Assembly (NCBI RefSeq): GCF_009914755.1
Contig: NC_060930.1
Length of the DNA stretch: 64,000 nt
Source of the DNA: the human T2T-CHM13v2.0 reference genome, Homo sapiens
Direction: 5' to 3' (one strand)
How positions within the stretch are numbered: position 1 is the stretch's first letter; each line of letters starts with the position of its first letter. Shown piece after piece: positions 58,388 to 64,000 of the stretch. A program made the translations under genes and the position numbers. The notes below the pieces were generated by a model, which worked only from the letters and a program-made list of their open reading frames with translations, was not told the origin of the DNA and searched no databases.

Positions 58388-60797
58388 AAAAGAGGCCAGA
58401 TTCATTTAGTCTCAATACTAGGACCCCACTGACTTTAGAGGACATGTGTTCTTATTCCAACAGGTTTCAACGTTCTTTGGTAGCTAGGAAAACATCCTTC
58501 CCTGATCCATCTGCTGTCTGGACCAGAGACTTGAAGAATCCATCAACATGTGGGTATATGTTAGCAGAAGGAAATATGATCTAAACCTGAATCCTTAACA
58601 ATTATTTTCCATGGAAGAGTAAGGGAGGAAGGAAACCAATTTTCTTGCCTGTTTGCTTAAATTCTTACCCTTTATATGTACTTTATATTCATTATCTTGT
58701 TTAATCCTCACAAAACCTGGGGCAAGAATATCTGCAGATGAGTTCTCTATGAGGCTCAGAGAGATTAAGTATCCTGTTTATTATTACACAGTCAGTCAGT
58801 CTGATTCCAAAGCCCATGCTCTTTTCTTTTCAGCCTTTAGAGATAAGTCAGAGTCTTAGTGCACTAGCCGTAGCATATTCTCCCTGTAATGGCTATGATA
58901 TTCCGGTCATAATCATCATGATATGTTTTTTGTTTATGCAGAACTGTAATGTCCAGGCGAAAAAAAAAATCAGCTTGAATAGGGTTCGGCAGATAGTGGG
59001 TCCCGAATTGACAGTTACTAACTGAATGAAAATCTATGGGATTTTTTGTAGATGTTTATGTCAAGGGTGGAAAACGTGAAATTCTGTGGCAATGGTGTCA
59101 ATGTCCTTGGTTTACAGTTCCCAGATCCTTTCCATTTCTCCTCTCTGCTCTCTCATCTCACACTCTACTGCTGAAGAGGCTGCTAGCTGGTGCTCATCTC
59201 CCATGATGCTGCCATGAGCAGGACTGGCTTAGTGATGCCAGTGCTGTCTTCTATGGCACCAGCAGAGGCAAACAGAGTCTCACATGTGATACTTCGAACT
59301 TGGAAACATCCTGCTTTGCAATGGAAACCCATATTCCTTAAGCTCAGATCAAAGCAGTGTCTGCACCTATTTTTAATGGTACAGTGTCCTTATTTTCTGA
59401 GAGGCTCAGGCAATCTAGATGATAGGTGTGGGATCATAACACATGATCATAACATATAGCTAAAAGAGTGTAGTTTACATACACACACATTTTTCATATT
59501 AGGAAACACTTCAATATAATTCTTATTACTTCCTTGGTAATTTAGGGCTTTTAGGTGAGCAACTACATAACTGGTAGCACTGCTCACCAATGCAATATTC
59601 CCTAGTGCCAGCTTCTATGTGGATTCAATTCATGTGTCAGAACAACCAGTGCATTTGGAGCATACAATGTGTACTTTGCACAAATAGGAATGAGCCCCCA
59701 CTGGTGGGAGAAGCTGAATCTGATGGGCAATAAGACCACTTGGATTTCCAGGTGACAACCCAAATTAGCTAAGCTTGACAATTCTGCAAAATTAGCTGCT
59801 GATTCAAGCAAGAATCCTCCTGTCCCAAAGAAGGATCCCTGGCAACTCATGGGGAATCACCATGGTAATCACAAAGTTTTAGAAATTTAAGACCCAGACA
59901 AAATTCAGAATGATAAAAATTATATTCATCAGAAGCAGAAAGATAAAATATATTGAGTTTTTCTGTGCAAAATACATCTTCCATCTCAAATTGTATCTTT
60001 TCCGTAAAACGATTTTTAAAAAATAATTGTAGGTATCAATGGAGACATTGACAAAAAAAGGGGCATGAACTAATAAATTAAGCATCCAAAACCTATCTGT
60101 AGACCCACACTCATACCTCCAATGAAAATAAAGATGGATCTGTCATCCATGTGTTCATGAAGGAGCAATACAACAATCCCAAATATTCCTAAAATCAGGA
60201 ACACATCCACAGCAATGTATTAGCATCCCACTGGCTGTTTATTGACAACTTAGCATGTTCTGGAGGTGAGAGGAGTAGAACCACTTAAATCCTTAATTGG
60301 TAGACACACATTTTCCACACCACTAGAACTTCAAACATCAGCTTCTATCCCCTTTCCAAATAAAACCCTAACCACTAACATGCCTCACAAAGGCCCACTA
60401 AAATATGAATGTACTTGAATACATAGTGAACTTAATTGCTAATATTCCTTGGCAAATCAGATACACTGTTAACAGCATAATAATGAGTATGCATAGAGAC
60501 TCCCCAGTGTGACCAGATGCACATGTAAAATAAATAAATTAATTAAAATTGCCATGCTAAATAAAGTTGTCCTGCCATCTCAGGTTAGCATCTGTTTCTA
60601 GTTTTCCTCAATAGTTTTCCCTGAGCATATTTTCTCAGCTCCAAACAACTGCAGCTGACCAGCCTTTCTGTCCATGCAATGTGGACAGGCCCACAGGCGC
60701 CTAGGTCACCTCAGGTGTCCCCCGAACACCAAGTTGGATGTCACCTCCACAAACAAGATCCTGCCATCCTGCAATTTTTTGGTCTCACATTTCATGT

Positions 60798-60832
60798 TAA
60801 AAAAAAAAAAATCAGAGCGAAAGAAAGGCAAA

Positions 60833-60864
<32 letters not shown>

Positions 60865-60890
60865 AAAAAGAAGGAAAGAAAAATTAAAAC
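60798..60890. repeat. A-rich low-complexity tract
   Basis: A runs and (AAAAG)n. Confidence 0.85.
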
Positions 60891-61891
60891 ATTTTCCTGT
60901 TGGGGGGATGTTAATAATGGACAAGTGTTAGATTTGGCTATAAATTATTGTCTAGATGAAGGGAAAACAATTACAAATTAGAAACAGATTTATTCACACT
61001 CAGTGCATTAATGAAAACTTTTAAAAAAAGAAAAGAAGGAAAGAAAGAAGGAAAACTAAACCGTGTGTACTGTGTGGAAAAAAATAATGGCCCAGCAGGC
61101 CCACTTTTTATTAACAACTCATCAGTAAGCAGGTTGTAATTCATAACAAAGAATTCACCCCAAGGAACGCCACATGACTGTGAGTTTTTTGAGTTTCCTA
61201 AGAAAATACATATGTTGTTCCACTTGGTTTCCTTTCAATAAAACCCACCAGTTAGCACTTCATTTTCAAGCTGTTCTGACAAATCAGGTGAGTTAGCTTT
61301 GTAGAAAAAACAGAAGCCAATTTTTCAGCTGAGAATTTTAGGGAATTTTTTTAATAACTTAAATAAATTTCCCAAAAGGCAAGGAAGGCATGATAAAGGC
61401 TGTGAAATGAGTTCATTTGGAACAGCTTGAAAGAAGGTCTCTTTTAATTCACTCCATTAATTTTTTCTGAGGAAATATTTAAGGATACATATCTTACTGC
61501 TATGACATGTATCTGAAGAAAGAAGAAAAAGAAAAACTGTATGATTTCTGAGTTTTTATAAAGACTCAAAACATGATTAAAGACTTTTTGGAAAGCACCC
61601 CTCAGCAGCTCCGCTAAGTAGAAGATTTAGCAATGATAGCAGCAGGCAGTTTCTGCTCCCAAATACTTGCTGAGCCAGCCACAAATCCCGCAACCCTCTG
61701 CAAAGTGGCCACCACCCATGATTCCCACCTGATTTCCTGAAGCTTCACTGAGGGCACCAGGCAAACCAGACCATTTGATGTTCTCAGGAGAGAATGGGTA
61801 CATTCTGCCATTGCCTCGAGAGGTATGATCTCCTTTTCCCACAACCTCCCCATATCTTCCAAATTTCTCATCATCCTTTAAAACACACTTT

Positions 61892-62193
61892 TCCTGGAGA
61901 CAATTATTCTAAGTGAAGTAACTCAGGAATGGAAAACCAAATATTGTATGTTGTCACTCATAAGTGGGAGCTAAGCTATGAGGACACAAAGGCATAAGAA
62001 TGATACAGTGGACTTGGATTGGGGACTTGGATAAAGTGGGAGGTGGGTGAGGGATAAAAGACTACACATTGGGTACAGTGTACACTGCTTGGGTGATGGA
62101 TGCACCAAAATCTCAGAAATCACCACTAATGAACTTATTCCTGTCATCAAACACCACCTGTCCCCCAAAAAACTACTGAAATAAAATAAAAAT
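61892..62193 (+). mobile_element. L1PB 3' fragment
   Basis: gagctaagctatgagg..aaagactacacattgggtacagtgtacactgct; 12 bp TSD AAAACACACTTT / AAAACCCACTTT. Confidence 0.88.
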
Positions 62194-62409
62194 AAAACCC
62201 ACTTTAGGTCCAGCTTCTTTCAATGAAGTCTTCCCTAATCACTCTAAATGAATTTGTTCTGAGCTTCTGAGGACTCATTCAGAGCATCTCTCTCTGAATT
62301 TACCTAGTACAATGTTTATTCCTCCATTATTCTGCCTTGTATAAAGTTCTATGTAAAAGAGTTCTTTGAGAATTCAGCTTTAGGAGAAGGTGTGCATACC
62401 TGTGTCTGT

Positions 62410-62757
62410 GGCACAGGTGGTAAGGTGACCAAATACTACATCTTTTGGCCCCCTGTAGTTACGTATGATTGTGTGAATAGTCCTGGCCAATGAGCTTTAA
62501 GCAGAAGTGACATATCTAGTCACTCTCTCCCCCTCCCACAGGCAACACAGAGGCCTAGGGTTGGAATGGTAATTTATAGGGTGGAGGTGACGTGATCCCC
62601 CGAGTCACTACAGTGCATTGTCCTGGAGATCTGCTCGACCTGCAGCCTATTTATGGGATAAGAAACAAGCATTTGTGTGATGGGCCACTGAGATTTTGGG
62701 CTAGCATGGCCTGGTCTATGATGATTAATGATGTACTTGCTTGACAGGGTTAACACA
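62410..62757 (+). mobile_element. Old MaLR LTR (MLT1I/J-like)
   Basis: tagtcctggccaatgagctttaagcagaagtga..gccactgagattttggg. Confidence 0.55.
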
Positions 62758-63029
62758 AATTATTCGGTGTGACTTGATTTTTTTATGTCGAGAATTATGT
62801 CCTCCACTGTGCTTCACTTTTCATTTTGGATGCCAGGAAACTCAGAGTTTGAAACTCACATTTTGAATCTCTAGTTTAGAATCTATGGTCACCATCGTGT
62901 TTTCCTTCTTATTATTTATGATCACATTTTTTTTTAATTTGGAATTTCCTAATTCCAACTTACCATCATATTATTTTGGGGGTTCTTCTTGTGAGCAGCT
63001 TCGTACTCTTCAGGATGAGATGTGGAATG

Positions 63030-64000
63030 CAGGCACACCTTGCTTTACGGAATTTCACTTTTTAATACCTCACAGATACTTCAATTTTTACAACTTGAAG
63101 GTTTGTGTTAACCCTGTCAAGCAAGTACATCAGTGTCATCTGTCCAACAGCATGTGCTCACTTTATGTATCTGTGTCACATTATGGTAATTCTTGCAATA
63201 TTTCATAACTTTTTCATTATTATATCTGTCATGGTGATCTGTGATTAGCTATCTTTGATGCTAATATTATAATTATTTTGGTGGCACCACAAACTGTGCC
63301 CATAAAAGACGGCAAACTTAATCAATAAACATGTGTTTTGACTGCCCCACTGACCAGCCATTCCCCCATCTCTCTCCCTCTCTTCAGCCCTCCCTATTCC
63401 CTGAGACACAACAATATTGAAATTAGCCAATTAATAACCCCACAATGGCCTCTAAGTGTTCAAGTGAAAGAAAGAGTTGCATGACTCACTTTAAATCAAA
63501 ACCTAGAAATGATTAAGCTTAGAGAGGAAGGCATGTCAAAAACCTAAACAGGTCCAAAGCTAGGCCTCTAGCACCAAACAGCCAAGGTGTGAATGCAGAG
63601 GAAAAATTCTTGAAGGAAATTAAAAGTGTTACTCCAGTGAGGCCACAAATGTTAAGAAAGTGAGGCAGCCATATTGCTAATATGGAGAAAGCTTTAGTGG
63701 TCAGAATAGAATATCAAACCAGCCACGACATTCTCTTAAGCCAAAGCCTATTCAGAGCAAGGCCTTCAACATAGCAGAAAGCCCCCCAACCAGCAAAAAC
63801 ATTACAACTTGCTGAAGGCTCAGATGAACATTAGCATTTTTTAGCAATAAAGCATTTTTAAATTAAGATATGTACATTTTTTAGACATAATGCTGTTGCA
63901 CACTGACTAGACTACCGTATAATGTGAACATAACTTTTACATGCACTGAGAAATGAAAAAAATTGTGTGACTCACTTTAATGAGATACTTGCTTTATTGC
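63030..64000 (+). mobile_element. Tigger1 (TcMar) with a large internal deletion, running off the window end
   Basis: 5' TIR CAGGCACACCT; transposase start ATGGCCTCTAAGTGTTCAAGTGAAAG (MASKCSSERKS) at 63445; jumps to the 3' end sequence near 63770. Confidence 0.88.

Noticed and set aside
60674-60981. Lys-rich ORFs, or a processed-pseudogene poly(A) tail
   Set aside because: Translation of an A-rich tract; no TSD or recognisable mRNA upstream.

Overview
Primate (human/ape-like) genomic DNA dominated by interspersed repeats, with no recognisable host protein-coding exon, RNA gene or CRISPR array. Family and subfamily names come from my recollection of consensus sequences, not from a database search. 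The left end holds a two-LTR ERV1 provirus on the minus strand (82-5843, TATG target-site duplication, tRNA-Pro primer binding site, HERV-I/HERV-IP10/LTR10-like). It keeps gag, integrase and env remnants but lacks recognisable protease and RT. In their place is AT-rich filler plus an unexplained GC-rich, codon-like 275 bp cassette bounded by AACTTAG direct repeats, a candidate captured sequence. The middle holds three tandem plus-strand L1s of different ages (about 18.7-31.3 kb). The rest is Alu, MIR, L2, MaLR/ERVL LTRs, MER1B and an internally deleted Tigger1. The most unusual signal is a set of templated-insertion and fold-back scars readable against old repeats: a 19 nt copy from 3 kb away inside an AluJ, a 16 bp fold-back truncating an MST LTR, 50 bp of ORF1 inside an L1 5'UTR, and a multi-step hairpin insertion in L1 ORF2. 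A CpG-retaining unique segment at about 52.2-53.5 kb is the best regulatory candidate. I see no convincing new biological system; the ERV cassette and the repair scars are the leads worth testing.
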